Origin: Ascidiella aspersa
Lineage: Eukaryota
Length of the DNA: 64,000 bases
Assembly (NCBI GenBank): GCA_963924565.1
Contig: OZ004612.1
Span: 15,872,001-15,936,000, forward strand
Direction of reading: 5' to 3'
Every line of letters starts with the position of its first letter. Position 1 is the stretch's first letter. This document shows positions 53,600 to 64,000 of the stretch, piece by piece. The position numbers and the translations under genes were made by a program. The notes below the pieces were generated by a model, which saw only the letters and a program-made list of their open reading frames with translations, did no database searches and was not told where the DNA came from.

Positions 53600-54213
53600 C
53601 ACCCCATCCGTCAGAAATCAGTGCAGTTCTAAGCAAAAAGGTCTACGACAATCAGTGCATTCAAAGGATCAAAAAGTCCGACTTTGAGGTCTTGGACAAT
53701 GCACTAATTTGCATTAACAAATGTGCATAAGAAGATTAAGTTTAACAATACTTGACCCAACCAAACCTAAACGCTAACCAGCGCCCTAACCCAAATAATG
53801 TGCGATAATTTAATACTTATAACGCTTCAGGTCCCAATACCTCAATTTGTGACGTAATAATCTTAAATACAATGGACGAGAAACCATCTTATGACCATCC
53901 GAGTTTGAGCCTTTTTCCCTAGAAATTTAAAGAATTATTAAAATAACGTACATTATTTGGGTTAGGATTCGGGTTAGCGTTAGGGTTTAGGTGGGTCAAG
54001 TGTTATCAATCCTATCTCATATTTTTTGTTATCTTTTCTGGACTTTTAATGAATATTTTTAATTTATCTTCGCCGGGAGTTTACCTAAAGGTCCAAATCA
54101 GTGCATTGCCAGGACCTCAAGGTCTAAAAGTCTTAGACTTTTCTGCCATTGGATGCCCTGATTGTCGTAGACCTTTTTGCTTAGAAATGCACTGATTTCT
54201 AACGGATCGGGTG
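53600..54213. mobile_element. foldback element with long TIRs and a 7-bp TSD
   Basis: CACCCCATCCGTCAGAAATCAGTGCA... versus ...TGCACTGATTTCTAACGGATCGGGTG. Arms pair over >100 bp and again over internal CCCTAA-like tracts. TSD CATAAAC on both sides. Confidence 0.9.
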
Positions 54214-54499
54214 CATAAACATAATACAATTACTCATACATAAAGTTTAATATTATGGCTAAAATTAATGTACTGCTATGGTTGGAAAAGGTTTAGTATT
54301 TATGATTTGTTTATATGAAATGCTTTATTCAATTTTGGTTAATTGTAACTTGAAAATTTCGTGTTGCTAAGCAGGGTTAAGGTTAATGAAGTAAAAAATG
54401 TTACTATGACTGTCTGCAATCAAATCAAGCAACTAAACCACATAACCAAATATGATGTCTATACTCGTTTGTATGTTGCACTGAATATGTGAATAATGG

Positions 54500-54769
54500 A
54501 AATCACCTTGACCCTTGCAAGATAAATGTCGGCCTTAATTCATCCTGATCAGTAACAGCAAAATACTCCAGCAAAGCTAGCAATTCAGGTCAGACACAAT
54601 AAACAGATCTTGAAAGATATATATATATTTCGCCAATCAAGGCATCGTCAGTATATCTTAATTCAAATGAATCATTCATTCGAATTATGAATTATATAAA
54701 TATCTTTTAAGATCTGTTTTTTGTGTCTGACCTGAATTGCTAGTTTTGCTAGAGTATTTTGCTGTTACT
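54500..54769. mobile_element. inverted pair of Penelope-like pseudo-LTR fragments
   Basis: 54500-54673 (minus) and ~54675-54769 (plus, hammerhead core deleted) both match 16665-16836. Confidence 0.75.
54614..54659 (-). ncRNA. minimal type I hammerhead ribozyme (PLE-type)
   Basis: Minus strand reads AAGATATA-CTGACGA-T-GCC(TTGATT)GGC-GAAA-TATA-TA-TATATCTT. Differs from the 16.7 kb copy only in loop II. Confidence 0.8.
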
Positions 54770-54818
54770 CATTTGTATTGTGTCTTGCACAGCATTTTTT
54801 TAAACAGCTCAATCTTCA

Positions 54819-54997
54819 TCATCTTGATTCTCCATCATGAGATAAATTATGTTGAGGTATTTTTGAAAGTGCATCATGTTCCAATAGTGGAAAAAGTTCT
54901 ATTTGATTTATTGCCTGTTGTTCAGGGTGAAGTTTTCTTTTAATGTTGTCTCGATAATTATTGCTTGTAGATACATCATCAGAAAGATGAATTTCAT
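54819..54997 (-). CDS. CCDC32: CCDC32 orthologue, last coding exon
   Basis: Acceptor ATTTTAG. Encodes DEIHLSDD...NIKRKLHPEQQAINQIELFPLLEHDALSK...GESR*; compare human KRWLQPDKVAVSTEEVQYLI (from memory). Confidence 0.85.
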
Positions 54998-55800
54998 CTA
55001 AAATATCAAATGTGACAAATAATTTCCCTCATTTTAGTTTTAATAAAATATAAAAAAACACAAAAGCAATACCAAAATTTAGTATTTCAGGTAGGCCATG
55101 CCAGTGCTCTTTAAACTGTTTTCCGTTGTATACCAATAACAACCTATTAAGAACTTTGTAAACCTAACATATAGCAAAGCACAAGAATTTAACAAAGTAA
55201 TAATGTAAGGGTTCAGGTTTTAGCTCACTCAGCACACAGCTGCATGACATACTAAAAAAATTATATACACTTTAATGATAAAAAATTCATATTTGCGGTA
55301 AAAATAGAATATGCGCATAGCCCACAGTTTGAGAATTAATGATGAGTTTTATGATCCCATTTGATGTCTTCGCAAAGTTTTTGAAAAGTCGAGTGTGTTT
55401 ATGTTCACAAAACCTAATATTTGAATAGTAACATTAAAGATATTTTGAAGACCACAGGATAATGTTTTGAAAGCTAAAGCTTCTTAATTATGCAATAAAT
55501 GTCTCATACTGAATGTTAGGTGCATAACTGTACAAAATCTACATTTGAAACCCTGCACTGCCTGGAGCAGCACAATTCATACTTTATTTGAGGCCACTGT
55601 CTACCTTTTTATTTAATCTGATGTTGTTAACTTCTATCTGCTGTTCTGCCAAAAAATATTATAGCCGTTTATAGATTCCTCACCTCTAATGAAGACCAGG
55701 CTGACAGAATCTTGCCAGCCGTGTGGTGACAATCATTTTGGCCCGAATACTTCAGTTTTATTGCTGCACCCCTAAAGTTAAATGCTGTGTTCGCCTAAGG

Positions 55801-56749
55801 CAGGGGTCAGCAATCTTTACCAAGTCGCAGGCCAAATCAAGCTCAGCCAGTCTTGGTATACATGCCATAGTACGCCTTTGGTCTGAATAAATTTCCTTAA
55901 AACAGAAACTAAATCAGCCATAAATTGTTTAAGCCTTAGGTGGAAAAGCATGGCCTGGTACCTCCACAATATGGTGTCTATGGTAATTGCTTTTTTAACT
56001 CATTATATGATTACATGCTAAATCAAAGTGAAACTCAACAATTCTGTGATCGAAATTAAGTACTTTTTAAATAAACATTCTATTTGCCTAATATTGGCTC
56101 TTCCCCAGTCAACAGAGGCTTCGCTCTTAAACTTTTTTTAGAATGGAACAACAAAATTGATTCCTGCCAATTGTAGTGTGTAATGTTCCTACATATTCGG
56201 CAATTCAAACATATGTGTTTAAATATTTCAAGAAAAAGCTGCAAGGTTATTTTTGAGCAATCTTATAAAAAAAGTTTGTTTTATAATCATTTTTTCTGGC
56301 TGATTTTTCGGCCGACATGGTTGCCAATTGGCCATCATTTTGCCATACTGGTGATTACTAAGGTGCACTTTGAACACCGGTTTTCAGGTATTATAAAGAA
56401 TTTTCTGCCCTAATTTCATTAAATCTTTATTAAGTTTCAGGTCAGTCTAACTATACTTCTGCAATTGGGACTATTGTGCACTACTAACATGGTACACCTA
56501 TGTAAGCTATGTTGCATGCACTGCTGCCAAAATCTCACAACCTTGAGTCTGTAGTCCCATATTTTTAGACAATAACCATTTGGTCAAACAGGGTTAAAGA
56601 ACAAAGTATAATATTTCTTCTTTAACAAGAAACTTTCAATATGCTAACTACTTTAGTGTATATTGAAAATTTATAAATAGCTGTATGAACCACTAAAAAT
56701 TGTCTTGTGGCCCACTTCTGAGCCATGACTCACAGTTTGGGAACAACTG
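55801..56749. mobile_element. degraded hAT fragments in a CCDC32 intron
   Basis: Left terminus CAGGGGTCAGCAA at 55801 and a right terminus CAGTTTGGGAACAACTG ending at 56749. These may belong to different elements; TSD is poor. Confidence 0.4.
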
Positions 56750-57021
56750 CCCTAGGACCTAGATTGAACCAGGTATCACTTAAGTGGGTATACGGTATAC
56801 CAGCTTAAATAGCGCTGCGCTACAACCATGAGATAATCAGGTTTAACTTTGTTAATAAAAGATTAATACATACCTATTGTTAAGTTGATGTTAAATATTT
56901 TAATGATGAATATGTAATGTGAAATTATATGTGAGTAAAATTTACAACTCACAAATTAATATAAAACCCACAAAGTAATACAAAACTATTTTTAAGACAT
57001 GCTAATCTTGTTTTTAAATAC

Positions 57022-57159
57022 CTTCAACTGGGAATAAGTGGTTGGTTTTTGTTGCTAGTCTTTCCTCAAACTGTACTTTTTTTCGTGATTGTAGTGAAGC
57101 GATCATACCCTGGGGGGTGACAGATGTTGACGTACTTTGAATATTTTGCAGTTTGCGTT
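57022..57159 (-). CDS. CCDC32: CCDC32 orthologue, middle coding exon (138 nt, phase 1-1)
   Basis: Acceptor ATACAG, donor GTATTT. Encodes ERKLQNIQSTSTSVTPQGMIASLQSRKKVQFEERL; compare human EKKLRRIKG...VTSKDMLRTL. Confidence 0.85.
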
Positions 57160-57270
57160 CTGTATGAATATTTATACTTAAAACGCATATACATACTTAA
57201 CATGCTACTACCCTACATTTATTAGCAAATCTTACATTATAAAAATGAAGCTACAAGCAACATCACTTAA

Positions 57271-58186
57271 CACTAGAATTACCGCGCGGTGAACACACCT
57301 AGAATAACCGCAAGCGATCAAAATCACCGTTTGTATAATAAAGAAAAAAATGCATAATAATTGAGATTTATTTCAATCTATAAGTTTCCTTTACTATTAA
57401 GCGACCTAAACCTTTGTAAGTGTGAGATTAATACGCAGTAGGCTCCATTATAATATCATGTTCTGAAATATACTTTAGAAGCCATATCTACGAATTGATG
57501 CATTGTTGGCTTGCAACCTGCTCTTTAGCTGCGTAAGAAGAATTTGTTTTTGTTTGCTTTCTTTACAACTAACATAAATATTGAAATTGATTGACAAACA
57601 TTTAGTTTTTAATTAGTCTAAAAATATCAAACATGAATTTTTATTATGTTGCTTGTCACATGGATCACAAATAGCTATCCAAAGGCATACATGAACCAAA
57701 AAATTAGCAGCGCTTAGTGCAATCCACACATTCAAGTTAAACATAACTTGTACACTTTCCGCAATCTTATACACGGCATCCACAACACATTTTTGTATTT
57801 TGTTTTGTTGATAGTTCACAGTTGTGTGAAATCACTTCCGCTTTTTGCTTTCGTCAACCATCAAATTTTGATAAGAATTGTTGGCTTAAAATCATGAACT
57901 AGCTAGTAACTTACTGTTATGAGCTACTGCAACATGTACGATGGTTGTTTTAAAATAATAGCGAAACAAATAGCTATCGTTTATGGCGATTTTTTTTCAT
58001 TGGCGGTAATTTAAGGTAAATCGATTCCTATCTTATACTGTGGTTATTCTAATAAACTAAAAATTTACATACCAAAAGGTGACCTAGACTTAGAAAAAGT
58101 CAGGAAGTTTTAATATTCTCACAGTTACCTAAGCGGAGATATAAACGATTGAAAATCAAAAACGTGCCGCACCGGTAATTCTAGTG
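57271..58186 (-). mobile_element. non-autonomous piggyBac element in a CCDC32 intron
   Basis: TTAA TSDs and perfect 14-bp TIR CACTAGAATTACCG. Decayed Cys-rich C-terminal transposase domain (TKMCCGCRV*DCGKCTS) on the minus strand at ~57725-57845. Confidence 0.9.
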
Positions 58187-58238
58187 TTAAAAGCTGTTTT
58201 TTAAAACAGCTTAACAAATTAAATTTTATGCGTTGTAC

Positions 58239-58425
58239 CTAATCTAAATATGTAGTTTTCTGCTTGGATTGGAGGGTCTGAAATATTTTGAGGAATAGGT
58301 TTTATGAAGACTTCTGTTTGTTCTGCACTGCTATTCTTGTTATCATTAAAGGTGTCTTCAAACTCAAGTGTAGTGCAGTTGTGGCAGTCCACAAGTTCTT
58401 CACCACGACTTGACCATGGATCCAT
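58239..58425 (-). CDS. CCDC32: CCDC32 orthologue, first coding exon (167 aa total)
   Basis: ACAATGG start. Encodes MDPW...FEDTF...PPIQAENYIFRL; compare human DLW, FSDSF, PLQDSEVYLASL. Donor G|GTACAA, phase 1. Upstream acceptor at ~58454. Confidence 0.85.
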
Positions 58426-58867
58426 TGTTATTATGATTGAAAGAAACGGAAGCTAATCAGAAAATAAAAAAATGTGTTATGTTGATTGTGGCACATAACT
58501 AATAGACCACTTATTATTACTCAAAAATAAAAAGATTTCATACTCAAAAATAAAAGATTTATATTTTGACTTAAAAATAAAAGATTCATAGTTTAACATT
58601 AAAAATAGAACACAAAAAGAAATGGAAGAGGCTATTTGTTTTAAACTTAAAAATTTAAAGTACAGTAATATTCCATTTTTTATAGTTATGAAGAAATGCA
58701 ACGCAATCCGAAGTTCGAAATTTGATACACGGCTAGCATGGGCGCCCGCAGGGGGGGGGGCAAGGGGGCCCTCCCTGGAATTTCAAAATGTGATTATTAG
58801 TATTATTTGTATTTGTAATATGTATTACTTACGAAGGTTAAAAATAATATACACTATTCATTGCCCC

Positions 58868-60584
58868 TGGTGGCGTATCCAGTAGTGGGCGGGAGTTCTT
58901 ACCCCCCCCCCCTTTTTGTAAGTGATATTATCGTTTTTAGTTCGTTTTTGTCATGGTTTAGCAAACTGTTCGAAGCAGTGTGCTTTTTAAGTAATTGGGT
59001 CACGCGTCTTAATCTAATGCGAAACCAAAATCAAGCGCAAAACGCCGTTTTTAGTTTGGTGGACCGTAAACGTTGGATAGTTTTTCTCTTTCGTTGTTTG
59101 TTTAGGTCAGTGGTTCCCAACCGTTTTTCTTTCGTGGCCCATGTACATTTGCAAAAAAAAAAACTCAATCATGCCGGCGTGCCAATTTTTATCCTATAAC
59201 GTCTTCCCGTGCCAAAGTTTAGTAACTAATTCTTTCTAATAATAAAAGCGCATTTTTAAAAACAATAAAGACGTATGGCAGTGCGCGCATTACTGCAGCA
59301 AACTGTCCGTCGGTGAGCTGAATTTTGCTTCTTGTTTCCTCACACCAAACTTTATAGTTATGTAAATGCTAGCCTCCACTACAATATATTGTTATAGTAT
59401 TAGAATGATTTTACTGTATAAAAAATTAGCAATTTACTGTACAAAATAAAGAATTTTTTGACAATTGGGTGAATAACAAATTAAGTAGCCTATTTTAGGA
59501 GGGTTTGCGTGCCATTTTTTATTAGGTCGCCTGCCACCTCTGGTTTAGAACAAAACACAGCAGAACATATTTCAAAACAGATTATTAAATCAACCGTGCA
59601 TTAGTGAGATACTTGCGGCTGAACAATAAGTTTTCATTCCTTTTTAACTTCTGCCAAAACCATTATTCCTTTAAAATTAAATACAATGACACAAATGAAA
59701 CTAAATCTAGCTTTTTAAATTGGTCTGTGGCCCACCTCAAATGTTCTTATGGCCCCCACTGGTTGAGAAGCGCTGGTTTAGGTTGACTGATTAGCAAGTG
59801 TGTATTCAACAATTGACAACGCTAAGTCAAACCTTATTCCTTTTTTTCTCGCTAAAAAACGTCAAGTTATACGCAGAATGTTCCTCGCTGTTCGGTCTCT
59901 GCGCTAATATCCGATGTTGGTGTAGCATCGACATTTGTTTAAATGAAGCAGATTCTTAAAAGGAGGTATAATGGTGACTGTCGTGCACGTTTTTATGTAT
60001 AAATTTTTAAGTAATGATAGTTAACGCAAAATTATGCTATTTAAGCATACTCTACTAGGACCACGTGCTAAGTGTGCAATGGACACGACTTATTTCCCCT
60101 CAACCACAGCTTGTAATTTAGGTGACTTGTTACACAGCTCCGCGCAGTTGTTGCGCCAATCGTGGCATAATAACACCCAGTAAAAACGATCTTCGTTTAG
60201 TATTGCACGAGGTGAAAGGCTTGCTTGTAATTTAGAATTGAGCGCTAGTTCCGTTCATGGAACTTGAAAACTGCGCTTTTTCTACCACAATTAAACACAC
60301 ATATTTTAAGGTCTTGGTTTGTTTTTTTGCCTAAAGTTAACGATTGCACACTGTGGTTTCGCAGCTGGCGCCTGACAGCATTGTCGACGACGCACGTTGT
60401 CGCTATTGCTGGACGTATTTGGCTGTTTCTGTTTTTTTTCTATCTCTTCTTGCAATCACCATTCTATGACGTCATACTGTCACTGTTTTAATGACGTCAT
60501 TATTCACTAACATCAGGCGGAAAAGGGGGAATTTCCTACGTTGAAAATTCAGGACCCTTTTTTGATTTTCTGGTTACGTCCCTG
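58868..60584. mobile_element. hAT element, middle layer
   Basis: Termini TGGTGGCGTATCCAG / CTGGTTACGTCCCTG; TSD ATTGCCCC/ATTGCCCA. Confidence 0.75.
59108..59775. mobile_element. hAT MITE, inner layer
   Basis: Termini CAGTGGTTCCCAACC / GGTTGAGAAGCGCTG; perfect TSD GTTTAGGT. Confidence 0.9.
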
Positions 60585-61409
60585 ATTGCCCACCCTGGAA
60601 AATTTTCTGCGGGCGCATTTGACGGCTAGAGAATTAGTTTACCATTCATTGGAACGCTATTACAATCATCGGGGTTGGTAGCCGATGTCTCATATACGGG
60701 CGGCGACGTCGGAATGGCGTTCGGACATATTTTAGTTGGTCATTAAAGCGTTCGGACATATTTTTAGTTGACCATAAAGTGTTTGTGCTGCCTGACAGGT
60801 ATGACATCATATCATCATGGTGACGTCACACCAAGGCTTATATCACAGGCATGGACACGGGAATTCCCCCGCCCATTGTAGCTGTATTATTTGTTGTATA
60901 TTTGAGTCTGCCGTCTCACGCTTGACTGAATTTACCAAAAGCAACAATTAACGTTGGTTGTAGTCTGCGAGATTCATTAGATTTTGTAATATGTTTATTA
61001 GGATTGCAGTTTATAAAGTTAGGTAAAGACCAAAATATTTACATTGTTTCGACACGAACGAAAAAATTACAATATAGTTACTTTTTATTTGGATTGTGGG
61101 CAAAGTAATACAACAGTAACGAGATTTCGTTGGCCCAGTCTGTATGGTGTGGCAAACGCATGCCCCAAATTTTTTTAGGCAAGTTGTGTGCACAGGAGAT
61201 CTCGGTGATTTTTGCGTAAAGTGCTTTGCAGTACAGACTGGTCGTCGGCGAAAACAAACTTCTTCTTACATGTGTACATGTGTACATGTAGACCTACTTA
61301 CCTTTAACAATGACTTTTATTTACTGGTCCAGTATTTGTAAACCTTGAGCAAGATTTCACTACCTTGGTCAAAGTAACTTTTGTTCCTATTTTCATAGAC
61401 TAGTTAAAA

Positions 61410-63270
61410 ATGAGTAAACATTGCTGTATTCCTGATTGTGATGGTAAATATCCCGACCAACTTTACCATGTGCCAGCAAAAAGATTCTGTTCAGGCGACA
61501 AACTCAAGTGGGCAAATGATTTGGAAAAAATTATTCTTGGCCTCAGGGCTGACAAAGCAATTGGGGATTTATATAAACGAGATGTAGTAAAGATATGTGG
61601 TCGTCATTTTAAAGCAGACCAGTTTATTCATGGTTAGTTTAAACAATTTCTTAACTATTCTACACCTGTATTGTATTCCTGGATTGGAAAAGTTTGTGTA
61701 TTTTAGAAATAGTCATTATGTTAGTTTACTTAAAAAACATAAATTATTATTTATCTACAGGACAGAAACGAGATACGTTAAAATTTGGATCAATTCCAAC
61801 ATTAAACATGCCAGTGAAGTTAGCAGCCAGTACAAAGGTAGCTCGCAGACCACCCACTCCACGAAATCCAGAAAATTCTATTGTCTTTAAAACTTTTAGT
61901 TCATTTCTAAAACAAGCTAAATGTCTTGTTTCAAAAAGTGATACATGGAAAATACATGCAAAAGATTTCTCACAAATTTGCATTTCCAACGTCTCTGAAT
62001 TCGATCAACAAAAATATAAAATATTTGTTAATGAAAATTTTCAATTAGATGTGCACTACTTTGGATGGTCTGGCCTCTCTAAAGAAATTTTTGAGTATAA
62101 CGTTAGGTCCAAATCTGTAAGAGATCTTTTAAATTTTATTTCGAACCTACCAATTTGTGGAGGAGTGTCTGTGTTAGCAGATGGAGAAGATAGCAATATG
62201 ACAGCTTCACATATTGTAACAAAATCAAGTCAAGCGTTTGATCACTGCAAACCTCTTCAATCAGTAACATTGGCTGTTAGGTGTGTTATACAGAACTTTT
62301 GTAAAATATAGTATTTAGATAATATGTTCAAACCTTTTTATTTTATTTACCCCAGAACAGATAAAATTGGTATATGCATAATTAGTCAGGAATTTGAGTT
62401 TACTGTTATTTAAATATTAAGCACTTACAGGATTATTTGAGAGTTGGTATGTCCGATAATATAGGATCGTAGCCTATAGCTGATGTAATAGTGTCGGTAC
62501 TCACCCGTTGGTATCGGTGCCGATCCGATACCAGTTCATTTGTGCTTAACAGCCATATTGGGTAACAGATCAGATCGCGATTCTTTTTGCTCGAAATACT
62601 GGGTATCGGTATTAAATATCAAGTATCAGACATCCCTATTGAGAGTTCTAAATATAGATTAATATTAAGGTTAAGAACATTACATTTTGTTAGAAGAAGC
62701 CAGTTAGAACAGGATATAATATATATATATATGAAAATAAATGTAAAATTTTTGGAAGTTTTAAATAGAGATAATCAGCTCATAAAAAGATTATATTTTT
62801 TGCCAAAAAACTACTAAAAATATATTGGTATAGTAATGTATTTGTAAACTTCATCAAATCTAGGTCATTGCAGTGTGAACTATTTTTTGCTGGATTTTGT
62901 CCAAAATGTGTGATGGTATCAATGACAAACAAAAAAAGACTGCAACAAAAGCAGAGGTATGTTGCCAAAGTTGAAGGTATTCCCCTTCGCAAAGTAGATG
63001 CTCGTTCACTACCACAACGTGTAAAAAACACCATAAAGGATAAAAATGAAAGGTGAAAAATAAAATATTAAAATCAATAAATGTGATCGTAGTATTGATT
63101 ATATGTTAATTGAAAAATATTTTAGCATTGCAAACCTGCAAAATCAAATTTCGGAGCTACTAAAGGATCAAAGCAAACACATACTACTGGACGATAATCA
63201 ATCTTTTGATATCCAAAGTTGTATGCAAGAAGGTCAGTTTGTAATTCACACTTACAGCTTTTGGATATCC

Positions 63271-63311
<41 letters not shown>

Positions 63312-64000
63312 TTGGAATATTATAGTTAAAGGAAAAAAAGGAATTTCACCTTTCTATGAAGAATTTTGGAAACAACAACTTTCTCTTAATCACCAAAGTA
63401 GAAAAACCAATCGATATCATCCTGATTTAATAAAGTAAGTTTTGCTGCTGGGATTTTATTTAAAAATAAAATAATGGTTACATGTTTACAGGCATTGTTT
63501 ACTTCTCTATGCTAAAGGACCAAAAGCATATCAAATGCTCCAGGAAACTGACATTCTTGTTCTTCCATCTTCAAGAACACTCCGCAGATATAGGTAAACA
63601 ACTGATTTTCATTTTCAGATGAGTGAGATATACTGTATATATATATATTTTAACTGTTGCTATATGGACATATAAAAGTGGATATACATATATTTATAGA
63701 TGTATAGATATTTATTAATTTATTTGTTATGTGTTAAAAGAAATGCCACACGGCCAAATGTTGGATTTGATCATGACATTTTGAAAAATCTAAATCTACC
63801 AGGCGATATTGATGACCACAGCCATCAAGTGATGCTTATTGTTGATGAGATGAAAATTCGTGGTAAGTAAAATTATCAAGGTGGTAAATTCGGTTTTACA
63901 AAATATGAATGGTAAAAGTTTAATTTTAGAGGAATTGGTATTTCAAGCCTCATCATCAAAATTTTTGGGATTTGTTGATCTGGGCAGCAACCTAACATTG
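61410..64000 (+). CDS. THAP-domain P-element transposase (THAP9-like), >=8 exons, runs off the window
   Basis: Exons 61410-61632, 61761-62280, 62864-63052, 63126-63232, 63326-63434, 63492-63593, 63741-63862 and 63930-end splice GT-AG into 481 stop-free codons. Motifs: THAP (CCIPDC...W...CGRHF...GSIPTL), RSLQC...CPKC, FWKQQ...RYHP, GPKAY, LPSSRTLRRY, and catalytic-domain start VDEMKIREELVF...GFVDLG. Confidence 0.92.
62445..62638. mobile_element. decayed hAT MITE within transposase intron 2
   Basis: Perfect TSD TTGAGAGT; right end ATCAGACATCCCTA; decayed left end TGGTATGTCCGAT; GTATCGG/CCGAT subrepeats. Confidence 0.8.
63276..63302. repeat. (TA)n microsatellite in transposase intron 4
   Basis: About 13 TA units. 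Confidence 0.9.

Larger units (their letters stand above)
58737..60621. mobile_element. hAT MITE, outer layer of a three-level nest
   Basis: Termini CATGGGCGCCCGCAG / CTGCGGGCGCATTTG; perfect TSD ACGGCTAG. Confidence 0.9.

Noticed and set aside
55684-55771. Possible extra CCDC32 exon with AG/GT ends
   Set aside because: Its open frame is phase 2-0 and does not fit the phase 1-1 junction; the protein aligns without it.

Overview
Animal genomic DNA: AT-rich, GT-AG introns, dense in DNA-transposon MITEs. An invertebrate chordate such as an ascidian is my guess, not established from the sequence. Contents: (1) two tandem, same-strand, 4-exon atypical Rho GTPase genes of the RhoU/RhoV (Wrch/Chp) subfamily, at 2434-8661 and 24712-28438; (2) a tRNA-Thr(CGT) between them; (3) a ~26 kb stretch with no recognisable gene and many hAT and foldback MITEs, some nested; (4) a 3-exon minus-strand CCDC32 orthologue (58425->54819), only partly visible in the ORF track and linked to RhoU/V as CCDC32 and RHOV are on human 15q15.1; (5) a Penelope-type minimal hammerhead ribozyme cassette in sense orientation just past the CCDC32 stop codon, with a second copy at 16.7 kb; (6) an intact, intron-rich THAP/P-element transposase gene (61410 to window end), head-to-head with CCDC32. 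All exon boundaries were read by hand and checked for phase. Family assignments are from remembered motifs, not database searches.
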